DNA of 63,289 bases, the filler included, from Platydemus manokwari (lineage: Eukaryota), in assembly GCA_037951405.1 (NCBI GenBank). It is 5 parts of 5 records of this genome, joined end to end, with 100 filler letters (N's around TTAATTAATTAA, not from the genome) between each part and the next. Parts side by side here need not be neighbours in the genome. Positions count along the whole stretch, not along the records: positions 1 to 21,070 come from JBBMOY011444754.1; 4 more parts are not named here. One strand, given 5' to 3'. Every line of letters starts with the position of its first letter. The stretch's first letter is position 1. Shown one piece after another: positions 1 to 13,915 of this stretch. Both the position numbers and the translations under genes were made by a program. Under the pieces are notes generated by a model that saw nothing but the letters and a program-made list of their open reading frames with translations, searched no databases and had not been told where the DNA came from.

Positions 1-3000
1 AATGTCATATCTGCAAATGGAAAATATTTTGATTGAATTTCATTAAATAAATATTTTAAAAAATGTTTTTGTTTTTTTAAAAAAAAGCCGGAATCATACT
101 AATACACCTAATACAAATGAAACTCTCTCTCAGTAAAGCTCGGCGACATTTGCTTCCAATAAGCAAGATTTAATAAAATAAGTTAAAACGCTTTGAGAGT
201 ACATGCTATCATAAATTTGCAAAAAAGGCACAATAACAAGCAAAAACTCTTCACACAACCGATTTCATTGGTTAAGGTAAAATAGAACTCGGAGTTTCAA
301 TCAAAATGAAGGTGGAAAATTCAATCACAATTTTTATTTTTGTATCTAAGAAAATACTCTTGGGTTTCTTTGTATCGATTTTATATTCTTCTTTATCAAC
401 AAAAGATTTCCTTATTTTGTAGTTAACTGGACTCTTCATTTACTGTTCAACTGGTGCTCTGTTGGTTTCATTAGTATTTATAATTGGAGTTTATGAGTCA
501 TTTATTATATTTATGAGATTTTCCTCAAACTATTACACCACTTTGTTCTTCTTGATTATTTCTATTAGCTTAGTTTTACTGATTATTAAATGGTAAATTG
601 TTTTTTGTCTATTTATTTTTGGTTTTTCGTGTGGCATTTTTTCATAATTTTCTTATTTCGGTACACGTTTCATAATTTACTGTTTTCTCGCATTATTTAC
701 GAAAAAAATTAAATATTCGAAATTAACACTAAAATAAAATAGTGCAAATTTTCGTTATGTTTATACATTTACCGAATACTTTTATACATTAATACGTTAT
801 AAAACAGGTTTTATCACTGATTTTCTGATTATTGTTTTTGATAGACCTTTTCGAATTGTTAATAGTTTTAGCACCTAACGTTTAGTTAACTATCAGAGTG
901 ATTGATTACCTGGCTTTTGTTGGTTTGAATCCAATACCAGGAAATTTATCTTTTCCTGGCTATCACTTCCATGTTTAGCCCTTCTTATGTCTTTATTGTT
1001 TACTCATAGTGCGGATTTTGTTCACAATTCTTTTTTGTAATTCGTACAGGGTTTTCTGACACGCCAATGAAGAATCTTAATTTATAGTTTTTTCATATGT
1101 CATTGCTTCTTATACTGTTTTTCTGATAACTTTTGTTATTTTTCATGATCTCAAGAGATAGCATCACTCTCACTACTGTCCTCCTAATACGATTAAATTT
1201 CAAAACAAACACCCATTATTTTTATCGATTTTTGTGATAGGTAGCAAATTGAAATATTAATCAATTCGAGTTACCATAAAAAAAACAAATAAGCAAAAAT
1301 AATGACTGTAGAGAGGTTTAGATAAAAACGCAACAATTATATAGCTGTTTGAGTTAGACGCGTGTCAGTTTAGAATTATCGAGACTAAATTTGGTCTCTG
1401 ACTGATCGTGAGCAACTGACAATGAACTGTATTTATTTTTGTGTTCTTAATTTATTCATTGGATATTTTATTGAATACTTATGGATCTATGGTGTAGTAA
1501 TCAATGTAGGCATGTTTATAAGCGTATATTGCTATAATTTATTTTATTGGTGTATAAAATTACAAAGGCACTTATTATTTGCTGGAAAACAATATGGTAA
1601 ATTTTATTATTCATCAAAATGCATTGGCATGAATTATTTTTTGCACAAACTTCGAAGAAGGTTTAAGATAAAATGGTACACATTAAATTTAATATTTATC
1701 AAAAAATATGCGAAATATTAAACACTCAAGATTAAAATAAAACCAGTGACCTTTTTAATCCAATGAAGAACTCGAGTAAATAGAAATATACCTACTAAAA
1801 ATATATTCAATATCAATAAAAAACAGTTGATAAGATTATTATGTCAACCAATCTGATGCAACCAAACAGTATAATAACACTGAAAAACATAGAACATGGG
1901 CTATAAATTAGAAAGAAAAAGAAGTCACAGTTGCAGAAAGTGAATTATTACTTGTCAAATATAGTTCAGAATCCAAAGATTATGTCTTTGTGAATTTTGT
2001 GGAGAACACCGACTAAGAAGACTACTCCATTAAAAATAACATTTGAAAAATCCATGATATATACAAATGTATTGCCTTATCGTACTATATAATTATGAAT
2101 TAACTGACATTAGGTTACATTAATAGTTCACAGTGTTTTATTCTAATTATTAATAGATTCATTTCACGTTTTGTCACCATAGATTATTAATAAATTCAGT
2201 CATTTTCATCATCTTTTTTGTTGCAAAGTTCATTGCTTTATAAATTGTAATCGCATTTGCTAACATTGATAAAGTTATCAGTTCCAGAGATTTATAAAAT
2301 CAATATTCACAATGTCGATAGTGTTTTAGCAGTATACCACTAGTGTTGCCACTCTCTTAATCTTCAAATTACTGATCGATTAATTGATTATGATACATCG
2401 ATGGCTTTCAATAATTTTAGAACCGCTTGAGACTGATTAAGACAATAGTAGCATCAATCAATAGTGATTCAACAATATAAAAATAAACTATATCAGCCCC
2501 GAATGTATGGAGCAAGTTGTTGTGACACATAATACGAACTGATATTCCATTCCATGAGCGCTGTTACAGATGTTGTATAGGTATATATAATTTTTCTTTT
2601 CATACTGTCACAACAGATGATGAACAAATGTCTAATACTATTCTCAAATGACTATAATAAATGCTTCCCTTGTATATCTAATCGTAATTCAAATTATATT
2701 GATCATTAAAATCGACTTAATCGACAATTTCGTTAACCATATATAAGTTTCAAATTGTAGTCAAGTTATTACAAGGTATTTATATAAAAATTCATTAGAT
2801 CCGCTTAAGAATTTAATGAAATCTTTCTCACAACTGAAAGAAACATTAGCTCGATTGAACTTGGAATATTATGGTCCACGATCTATGATCTCTGAACTTT
2901 TCAATCGAGGAAAACATAAATAAACACACTATGAATTTTTGCGATGTTGTTGTCATAGGAATTAATTTGTGCTTTGATTTGAATAAAATGGCATTCTCTT

Positions 3001-4113
3001 ACAGTATTATTGATTGCAGATAATTTTAAAAACCAATGACAAAACGTAAAAGACTTCTGGAATTAATGTGCACTGTTTTTTGTTATAAATTTCAATCCAT
3101 CCCACTCATGATTACGCATATTCAATCACATTCAAACAACATTTTTAGATCTGATAAACATATTCGATTCCTGTGGACAAAAGTACAATGATTCTGATGA
3201 ATCCTAAATTAATCAATAAATTTTGCATTTCAATCATACCAAACTGAGATCAACCGATTAAAAATCGAAATTCTTTTTTAACCGATCCATTATTTATGAT
3301 TTTCCATTTGATATCAAACTTATTTCTCGACGATTATCTGACTACTGTCCAAAAAGAAAAATAAACAATCTTGTTATGATAAAATCTGCTTGATAAATCA
3401 AAACCATTTTATAGGTGGAAAAAATCTATAACTTGTTAATGCCAAATATGTCGGGCAAAATTATGAAATTCTAAATAAAATAAGTTTTGTAGTAAGCATA
3501 ATTTATATGACAGCGCATTTGATTTATGTAGAACCAGTAGAACGATGTAGAACCAAAACACATCGAAATTAAGACTTGTTGTCCCAAATGTATTTGAAGA
3601 CTCGACACTTATTACGAGTATTACGATGATTTTAAAGTTTATATTTAAGACTATAATTATAAAATAAAGTAAGCTACAAATATATTTAAAAAAATATAAT
3701 TTGTCTGAATATTATGATTAAATATATTTTTCTGGTTGAACTTCTTAATTCTTTTTTAAAATGCTAGGTAATAATCAACAAGCATAATAATTATCACATA
3801 TAGACAATTGATTATTAAAGAACAATTTATTATCGATTTATCCAAGTCTAGGCTCAAAATTTTAATCAATCCTTTTGTTCAGTCATGGTATTTGTGTTTT
3901 AATGCTTTACCAAAAATTCAACTGGTCGTAAGTTTGTTTAATGCCTTGTTTCTATTCCTACTAGATAGTATAAGATTGAATCGCTATCAGCCTCAACTAT
4001 ATATATACAGAAATCGATTTGAACATCAAGAAATTTTAATCAATATTTAAAAGGGCACAAAAAATTCTTATCACTGTCAAATTTAAAATAAAAATTAATG
4101 GAAATCAAATTAC

Positions 4114-4191
4114 CTTGTGAATCCCATACTGTAACTCTTGATGGATAAATAAATGGTCCAGGAATACCTATTGGTCGATTTTGTATTCCAG
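4114..4191 (-). CDS. Orphan 78-bp internal exon (phase 1-1) of an unidentified gene
   Basis: Minus strand reads ttttag|CTGGAATAC...GATTCACAAG|gtaatt. The open frame is xGIQNRPIGIPGPFIYPSRVTVWDSQx, and it is richer in GC than its flanks. No family recognised. Confidence 0.45.
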
Positions 4192-4335
4192 CTAAAAGTA
4201 ATTGATCGTGCTCAAATTATTTATTCACAATTTGTACTTATTAGCTCAAATTAAGAATTCATAAACTGGAACGGCTAACTCTTTAAGCATAAGAGTACCT
4301 TGGACTAAATCTTATCTTATTAAAATACATCTTAA

Positions 4336-4406
4336 CACATTGACGGACAGTAGGAACAAATGAAGTTCGAAATTGACGGTTATAGATTCAAGTGTCCGTC
4401 AACGCG
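4336..4406. mobile_element. 71-bp piggyBac-type MITE or internally deleted remnant
   Basis: TTAA at 4332-4335 and 4407-4410 flank terminal inverted repeats cacattgacggaca / tgtccgtcaacgcg (12 of 14 bases match). A TTAA TSD is characteristic of piggyBac. Confidence 0.7.
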
Positions 4407-7400
4407 TTAATATAAAAATAACACAATATTAGTTGTGTTCATATAGCAATAATAACGATATTAACCTTGTAATATTTCAATAATATCGTTTGATAAACTT
4501 TGTCTTTCAAGTTCTCCAATGATTTTCATTAAATTCCAATTATTCTCGTCTACCATTTCCTCTTTGATTTATAATTATCATCTTTTGATTCCTTCAAGCA
4601 GCAAGTTTGCATATGCAGCTTTTAGTTATTTTGATTGTGTCGATTTTACCTCAACGCTTATATACTCGCTTAAAATATTAAATAGCTGACCAATAAAAAA
4701 ATTATTTTTTGTCGTCTCAAAAATAAACTATTTTCTTATTGAGTATTCTTCAAGGTCATCTTATATATAAGATGATGACTGTGTGTTTGATTGTGTTGGT
4801 TATCCTTGTTTCAGAAGGATTTGAATTGTTAAATTAATATTGAGATTTATTTTGTGCCTGACTCCAAAGGCTCACTAAAAGAAACGATAAAAATAACAAA
4901 ATAAATGAAAATATATAATTATTAGATCAAATGTTGTACAACAATATTGATTTGCAAATATTAAATAAAATGACAACAATCACTTGTTGAGAAATAACCA
5001 ACTTTCTAAATTACATTTTTTTTAATTAGCTGCTATTATTTTATGTTATATTTTAATAGTCCATTCTGCGCAGAACTGCGAGGCACTCAAATTTTATTTT
5101 AAGATAGTTGGGACCTATGAAATTCGGCAACTATATAGATAAGCGGATGGAAGTTTGATGAGTTTAGATTCTTACTGAAGGAGTGATTACCCGATGCCCA
5201 GGACACTTTTAATTAAAATATTCAAATAAATGGACTTTAGAAAATAAATTAAATCTGATTGAATAATAATAAAATTGCTGTGTAGGGCATCGGGTTTGCA
5301 AATAATAATTTCACTTTTCTTGTCTGTTATTATAATCGATAGGAAACTGCTTAAATAAGAGTTCGTGATTTGCTTTCTTAATATAATAATCACTTAAGAA
5401 TAATCTGTGGGCTTTAATACCTTTGCTTCTTGAAAAAATCACTTACCATTAATTTATAATAATCGAGGGCTTTTTGTAAAATAGTCGTATTGGGGGTTCT
5501 CTGAATCATATTTTTCTTTTCTTCTCTTTGGTGAATTATCTTTTAATTATATTTCATTTCTTTTAACAATATAACATATTTTTTAGTAGCCGATTATTTT
5601 ATAGATATTATTTTTCTACGGTTATTAGGTTATTATATACGGTTATTATATCCTGTCACCATCTTTTTACTTTAGTCGAAATATGATCAATAAATTTTGC
5701 AACTCGATTTTTTTTTATTGAAGAAAATGCTAAATTCTCTATTTTCAATCGCGTTTTGTTAGTTACAAAGTAAAAATTTTTCATTTTACCATAGCAATTA
5801 TCATCGCAATATACACTCTAGATAATGTATTTTTTTCTATTACAAAAGAAAAATTGCTCCATCTTGTTGATATTTGAGTTATTGTACTGTTGGGTAGAGT
5901 CTTTATAATAAACAGTAATAATAAATATACATAGCATTTTTTTCAATAAATGATAACTTAAAAATAAATAAATTCCAGAAATAGAATGATAATAATGTAA
6001 AATTAGAAACAACGTTAATAAATTACTAAAAATGACTCCAATAAATAAATACTAAAAATAATAATATAAAGTAAAGAAATATAGATAACAAACGAGGCAG
6101 ATAAGATAGAAAAGCCGCCTTTTGCTAACTACAATAACAATGTAATAATTATTCGATCAACAACCGTCAACAACTAGTTCGTTCTTATCGCTAATTGGAT
6201 TAGAGAACAATTATTTCAATTACTGCAATGAAAAAATTAACCAGTTTGTAATAGCCGAATTAAACATCCGGATATATAAGAGAAGAAAATAAATTTATAA
6301 AAATAAGCAAAATTTTCAGACCTTGTGGATTCCTGCCATATGCAAGAGACCGAGTTCCAGTAATTAAATTAGACCAGGAAAATTATTCCAAGTATTCGAA
6401 GATAAATTTAGACGTTGTCAGTCTTAACAATCAAATAAAAAGTTAAGCTAGCATTGTCCAAACTCACAACTAGAAATTAATTACTGTTTTGAATTCCGGA
6501 ATACCCCAACAAGTAACGTTTTTCTTATTACTAAATTGTTATTGGTATATCTGTTTTATTTGGTTATGGTTAATTATATTTCATTATTCGATAAGATTTC
6601 GATTTAGATATTGATTCTATGGGACTTCGACAACAGGTAGTGATGACCTTGTTCCCGGTATGATTATCCTTATATGAATTAACCTAAATGTTCCTAAAGC
6701 TAATCCACTGTTTAAGGGTTATATATATGTGTGTGTGAATTATTAAAGTAATTAATGAAATGACTAAGTGCTGCTTTGATAAAATCTAAATTTACGATAT
6801 AAATCAATAACTAAATAAAAAATAATAACAATTGTCGAAGATACAAACAAAAAAATGATTACAGTGCTCAGCGAGGCATGGAAGTGATTCGCTTAAGTCA
6901 GAGGCGGGCGGGGTAGAGAATCACCTTTAGAAGAGTTAATTTTGAAATAATTATTAAATATTGCATGAAGCTATTAAATTATTATTGTTGTTATTTTGAA
7001 ATAATGAAATAAATTATTATCAATCAAACAATAGCCTTACTCCGCACAGGTGTAAATTTTCTACAAAAATAGATATCCTTATAACCGAAAATCTTCCGTA
7101 TAATCCGCGTCACGCGTTCAAGAAAATAAATCCAAAATAATAGATTAGTGAATCACGAAAAATGTGGCTTGTAGTTAACTTTGACCAGGACATTGTTTTC
7201 AAATTCCAAAATCGACTTTCAAATTTATACTTTAGTATTGTATTTTGATTGTGTTGATGATGAATTTTTGATCGGATATTTATACTAATCATATGAAACA
7301 ATCTGTAAATTCATATTGTTTTATCTATCTATCTATCTATAATCAACAGTTTGCCAAGTGACAAAATAATTGTATATTTTATTTCATTATAATATTACGA

Positions 7401-9695
7401 TTTTGACTTCATAAATTTTGGTTTTATTGGATATTCTAATAATCATTTTCGTCATTTTAATTATATTAAAATCCTCTAGAATTCAATAAAACTACAATCA
7501 ATCACAAAAGAATATACTCGTTCAAAACTCAAAACCAGATACTCAAATAAAAAAAATTACTAAAAATCATTTACCGATAATCATTTACCGAGTTCTCTAC
7601 TATTGACTATTATTCTCTCTGGTGGACTCTTTACTTACCGTGTTTTGTATGTTTACTTAATGTTTAAAGTGTTATTTTCTATTAGTCAAAATTTCCTCAC
7701 TTATTTCATTGATAGATTTTTTTCAGTCTCTTGTATCATTGGTGTATTTTGATGTTCGTAGATTTCTGTAGGTGTGCATCAATTGGAAATCATAATCTAA
7801 TTGAAGAGTATTGATTTGAACGACTCAGATTGGATAGTAGCACGTGTATCTATTGCATCTATCTTTCTACCTTTTCAAAGTCGTTTCAATGATTTTTTAC
7901 ATGATTTCTGGTCAATTTTTGTGTCTTATTTCACTTATTTTCCCTTGCACTTAAAATTTTATAATGACTTATCCATGATAATTGAAATTAATTATAATTC
8001 TAATAACATAAATGATAATGATATTAGTTACAATATTAATCGATAATAGAGTACAACAATAGTAATAATAAGAAGAAAATGAATTTTCTTTGAAATCTTC
8101 AAGAAATACTTCGTTGTACCCATAATGATATATCAAAAATACTTTGAACGATAATGATATTATGATAATAATGATAGTATCATAATAATTTTGTCAATAA
8201 TTCGAAACATTTCATCAGGTATGAAATTAAGTTTTTGGTGTATTGAACTATGCCTGCTTCGAATTCTGTCAAAAGTTTCTTTCAAAAAACTTTTCTACAC
8301 TTCGCCTTTGCTTCGATTTTTAGCTCATTATCTCCCCTACAAACTCCTTTATCAATATGTGATTGTTTTTCATGTTAATGACAGGTTTTATTCCCAAACT
8401 ACCGAGTACCTTTGTTGAAACCAAGTCTCGAATTTCTTATGATTTGGGCAGATCGCCAGTTATTTCATCTTCATTTGATGATCATGATTGACTAGAATTT
8501 CAAGAGATAATGTATATTTATTATGATTTTATATTCATCTTCAGGATTTGTTGCAAGCTTTTCGTCAAATCCTTGTTATCGTTTGTCATATCCATTCACT
8601 AATTGTCTAGGAGTTATCAGTGGGTTCATCATTACTTTACCTTAATAATTGAAAATTGCCACTGAGACTGTTGATTTTTTTTTCAAGTTTTGATATTGAT
8701 GAATAATTGTTTATAGTTTTTTGTTGTGATAATAGTTCCTTATTCAAAGATGACATAAGCTTCAATTCCGTCGATTTTGGACTGATGTTCATGTTTAACT
8801 GTGCTGGTTTTTAATGACTTTGGGTGTCTACACATTGTTACGTTTTTATGAGCTTTTAATGAATGTTTTCACAAATTAAAAATAGTATTAATAACTCCAA
8901 ATTTGCTATAAATAAAAATTAACAATATATAAAATAAAATATACTTGAATATTAGAATAAATTAATATCAACAATTAAAAAAACTCAATTAGTTATTGAC
9001 AAACAACCAGGAATTGGTTAATTTATTATTGGAATTATTTAGTTCCTAGATACGCTAGGAGTCCTTAATGTTTTGTAATTTTTTAAAAAGTCTTCTGAGA
9101 AGTATCCAGCAGGAACTCTCTTATTTGATTTCGTGTGATTTTATAACGCCTTAATTTGAATGATGACAAATTTAAAATTTATATTTAATTATAGGTTCAA
9201 TTAGATTGCACTTATTTTTTATTAAAATATAGAAGTTTGCAATAAGATAGTTACATAGGAGAGAACGGAGAGAATCTCTTTCTGGAAATTTTTCTTCTAA
9301 TTTTTGCTTTTCTCTTTTTTTACAAGGCGGAAAGTGGATTATATACGCTATAAACGTCCAGATTTAGTCATCTACGAATTTCCAATATATCCAAATTTAG
9401 TAAGAACAGATTTTTGCAGAGTAAGCACTAGGTGCCTGATTTTCACGAGATATCGATTAGAATAGTTGTGGGCGTTCTTAGTCAGAATTCTATTTCATTT
9501 ATGACTTTGTGGATTATATTTTTGATGAATTTCTGGCTTGTTATTTTTAGTAGTGTTTTTTATGAATTATTATTTTTGTAATTTATTAAATATTTTTTTA
9601 ATTTTGGGTTAATTTCTGGTTATTTATGGACTAATTAATCATCATTTTATTATATATTTGACTTCTGCTAAAGTCGGGCTGGGCGATACCTAACA

Positions 9696-9736
<41 letters not shown>
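9696..9736. repeat. Compound (AT)n(TG)15 microsatellite
   Basis: Read directly: an AT run from 9696, then 15 TG units at 9707-9736. Confidence 0.95.
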
Positions 9737-9738
<2 letters not shown>

Positions 9739-9884
9739 GATACCCAAAAGAATCGAAGGTTGCAAACCATATTTTCGTTAACTCTTATTTTCGCCAAAAC
9801 TAGTGCATTGGTATCAATTATAAATTCATTATCATTTTATGAAAATGATTTCGTAATGAGGTAATCATGCTATTGATAGTGTAC

Positions 9885-12270
9885 TAATATTTATTCATAA
9901 ACATTGATATTCGAGATACCCATATATTAAAACATGGGATTTACATGGTTCTGTCTTTCAATCGATCCATGAATCACAGTTCGCTAGTTCAATCATACAA
10001 TCAATTCAACATTTCATTCAATTCTGTCTCCGTCATCCAGTCGATGTTGTCTTAAAAATCTTCTTCCCTTATTTTTAAGGCTGTCTTTGTTGCCGTCTTT
10101 TTCCCGTATGGAACTTTCATTGCAGATAGCTCGCATTTATATTCGACTTTATGCGGGCAAGAGCTATCTTATTTATCATTTTCTAGTTCATTCGTAATTT
10201 CTTTAGGACTATATCGTTCGTCTGTGTTTGCCAAGTTCCGAGAACCCCTACAACAAAAGTGAACTATTCCACAGTCCAGTCGGGCCACTTTTTTTTATCG
10301 AATTTCGGAGGTCTGTGTATTTTTCTATATTCTTTCAAGCTGTTTCGGCCATTAAAGCAGGTTCGCCCATGGGGCATTTTACATCGAGTCGGATGATCGT
10401 GGATTTTCGATCATTTATTAGTTGAAGATCTACCATTAATTTGGATTCCGTAAATTGACATTCTTTCTCTACAAAGACTCTGTAATCAGTATTGTTAACA
10501 ATTTCCTTGACCAGTATGTCCATGATTCTGTCATGTCTATAAAGTACAAAAGAGTGGAGTGGTTTGCTTCAGGTGAAGACATGTGTTTGCGATTCTACTT
10601 CATATAAACATGGATTGTATTGTATACTCCTCCGTCATGCTTCGTGGTCCACAAGCCACCGTTTGATTTTGTTGAATAGAGGTAATTCGTTGAGTAAAAT
10701 TTCGGTACACCAAGTATTTTTTTCAGATATTTTCTTATCACCACATCAAGCTGCAGTAATCTACTATAAGCGACATAGTAATTTCTCATGTAGAAGGTCA
10801 CTTTGGCGTGTACGAACAACTCCAAGGCCCTTAATTTCTGCCATGGTAATAAAATGCATTTTTCCAGTTTATTAATCAGATTTTCCAAGTCGAAGTACAG
10901 TGCTTCTGTTGAATTATGTAGCTTCAAAGAGAAATTCACTCCTAGGTAGCAATAGTGCTCTTCTAGACTGATTGTAGGAATTTTCTCATTGTGGATCAGG
11001 AGTTCCGTCGCATTAGTACTTGCTCTTTGATTATGTAAGTGCCCACATTTTGAGGGCTTGAACTTGAAACTAAGTTGGAACCCGAGCGCCGATCATCATT
11101 TGGAGACCATTTTGGTTTTTCGCAATAATTGTTATGTCATCTGCATAGGCAAGGCATGAAATTCGATGATTTGCAATTATCAGGCCTCCAATACGACAGT
11201 TGTTCATTTGTACCAAGATTGGATTGATGGCTATGTTGAATAAAAGCATGGAGATCGGGCAGCCCTGTTTGATCCCTTATCAATTTTAATTGGTTTCGTT
11301 TCATAATTTCCGTCTGTGTAGAGACTTCTTATGATTCTGATGGCTGTTTTAGTCAATCTCATATGCTCAAGGTTTGTGAACATCGCTTCAAGATCTAATG
11401 AAGGAAAGGCTTCTTCGATCTCTAAGAATCCGATGTGAACATTATCGATATTTTTCTTGCTGTGTTCTTCTATAATGGCTCGAAGTAAAAAGTTGTGTTT
11501 GGCACATCCGTCATTTGGACCTAGCCTCTTCTGGAGTGGATGTATTAAGTTGTTTTAATCAATCCAATTTTTCAGTTGTTTGTACAGAATTGTTATAGCT
11601 GCAGTCGAACAGAGCAATAGGGCGCCAGGAGTTGACTTGATGATAGTGACCTTCTTTCATTGGTTTCTGTATCATCAATGTTGTATATGTTTTCCATTCC
11701 TCTGGTATTTCTTGGTTATCTAGACATTTTGTGAAAAATTTGTGTATGATTTTTGTCTCTGGATCTGCATATAGAATATCTTTATAATTGATCTTGTTTT
11801 TTCCAGGAGCACTTGGGTCCTTTTTCAAAGGGTTGTATAAATTGTTTCTGGTTCTATTATGCTAAAGTCAAAAATTTTGGCTCCTTTTAGTAACTTTCTT
11901 TAGTGAACAAAAATTTTTACATGCTTTCGTACATGATCCTTCACAATCTGGAAGATCTGCTTTTTGCTTCTGTTTTTCTTCAAAATGTTTTTCGAAGCCT
12001 TTTTGAATAGGTCGACAGTCAACTTTTGTGTATTGGGTGGCTAATTCAAAGGAAGCATATGGGGCGTGGTTAAACAGTCTCCTTAGTTTTAGGTCAGTTT
12101 CACCTCTTTTTTCATCATTAGCTCTACCCAAGTATGTGTTACTTGATGATTTAATAGTGCAGACACAGCGAATAAATTCACAGTATTTGCCAAACGTTTC
12201 ATCTACTGTTTCATTTGTAAAGTTGTTAGCGACTCCTTCTGCTAATGATTTCCTGATTAAGTAAAATTCA
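9885..12270 (-). mobile_element. Decayed, 5'-truncated non-LTR retrotransposon of the RLE group (R2/R4/NeSL-like): RT plus restriction-like endonuclease
   Basis: Minus-strand motifs in order across frameshifts: SAPGKNKINY, IPEEWK...SWRPIAL, HPLQK...GCAKHNFLL, GIKQGCPISMLLFNIAI, LAYADDI (YADD at 11136-11147), KPSKCG, YLGV, GGL. These are followed by RHDRIMDIL...VDLQL...LDVKCP...EKYTDL...FVVGVLGTW (RLE PD-(D/E)xK). AATAAA lies near 9890 at the 3' end. There are multiple stops and deletions. Confidence 0.9.
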
Positions 12271-13860
12271 CGCTAAATTTTAGCTTATGCATATGATAAT
12301 TTTCTTGTTTGTATGCCATTTAATTAAAAATTAAAACAAGGTTTCAAGTAAAATATAATTTTTTTTAATCAATTCAATACCGACGGAACGTTGACAGTCA
12401 TCACGATTTCTGCTGATGGCTGTCTCTGAATTGGATATCTGTGTGGTAGTTAAGATAAAATTGAGTTTGAATTGAATTTATTTATTAATTTTTCATTATC
12501 CCAATCAAGAAGACGGAAATTGCGAGCTATTGAGCTCATATAGATATGGTGATTTTAATTATTTTTTTAATATTCATAATTTTTATATGACTTCTTGTTT
12601 ATTGTGCTTATTTTTTTTATTTTCACTGAATTTATTTCTTATTATCATATTTAAAATATAAGAAAGTATAATACAATTGTAAATAAATTGAAGTTATATA
12701 CAATGAGTTCATGCTTAGTTTGGATGGAACTCTTTTCTTAATTTTCCTTTGAAGTTTGTGATTCATTATATACTTGCATATTTTCCAGAATTGAATTATA
12801 CAGCTTGGATGAAATTCGAGCAGCTGGGTTGCGAGAGAATGTTTACAAATCTCAGATAATTAAATATCGTTGGAACGAAGAAGAGAGCTGTTTCAACGGC
12901 TATCGAAATTTAGTTTCGTGATCAGCATAGAAAATATCGTTTTCATGAAAATAAAACCAATGAAAATACTCCATTAAAATCGATGGTAAGTAGAGTAATT
13001 TCCTACGAAAATCATCCCCTGCTTTTGTTTGGAAAAGTGAGAGGATTGCTTCGTAGAATGATTTTCTATCATGTCGACAAATAGTTTATGAATTAATGTC
13101 ATAGAAGGAGACACGAATTGAGAATTTTATTTTTAAAATTTCTACGCTTAAGCAATATGGGAAAATATGTTTTAATCTAGAAATACTTGGAAAATGTATT
13201 TTATTTGAATAAATATTTTGTTCGTCAATGATTCTTCATCTAAATTAGAGACTGCTAAATATGAAAATTAGAATTATTCATTCTTGGATAAATTGTTTTT
13301 CAATAAAGCCAAATTTTTCTATAAGATGTCGATGACATCAATTGGCTGAATCGAAATAATTTCAAATTTTTTATTTAATTTGTTGAAAAATCTTATAAAT
13401 TTAGTATATGGGTGTGCTATGATAACAAGTTTGTGTTAAGATTATAATTTGTACATAACAAAATAAATAATATAATAAAAACACAATTATCTTGCTATTG
13501 TGATTTGTGTTAATTCTGAAATTTGAATTAAATATATTTTCTTTTCCCATTTCATACAATTCGAAAAATTATTGATTGATTCATGATAACATCTGGATTA
13601 ATGAATAAATATTATTTTTTTTAAGCTAAGCTCTATTTAATGTAAAATTTTTCTCGAATTGATTTATAATATTTTAAATAATTTTAATCGATCATTAATA
13701 AACCCACTTTGTCGTATTCAATTAATTGGATTTGTGATAACATGACTTATAAAGTGATTTAAAATCAATCCGGAACATATGCCATCAATAAGATGAGCTT
13801 GTATAATCAATTCATCGAAATGACAGTGATCATTTTCCATACCAATACTACTAGCCACTA

Positions 13861-13915
13861 AATCACTGCCAGGTTATAAAAACCGCTACTTCATCTTTTT
13901 AACTGATATACACAA
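13861..13915 (-). mobile_element. LTR 3' end with putative PBS, related to the solo LTR at 16284
   Basis: Shares accgctacttca with the end of the 16284 LTR. On the minus strand it is followed by TGGCAGTGA, a PBS-like TGG sequence (possibly tRNA-Leu). Confidence 0.4.

Noticed and set aside
2200-2800. Possible rhodopsin-type GPCR pseudogene on the minus strand (GSIYYSHLRIVLD; TIVLISLKRF)
   Set aside because: Only two loose motifs in different frames with many stops; AT-rich DNA yields hydrophobic text by chance.
5189-5295. 11-bp inverted repeat acccgatgccc / gggcatcgggt
   Set aside because: No TSD and no second copy in the window, so it cannot be called a MITE.
1422-8418. Short ORFs from the ORF track (1422, 3808, 5187, 5818, 7110, 7801, 8191) and similar ones elsewhere
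   Set aside because: They have the F/I/L/Y/N/K-biased composition expected from random AT-rich DNA, often with non-ATG starts and no motifs.
12703-12985. Exon-like plus-strand segment (ttttccag ... ATG|gtaagt)
   Set aside because: All three frames contain stops and no family is recognisable; at best a pseudo-exon.
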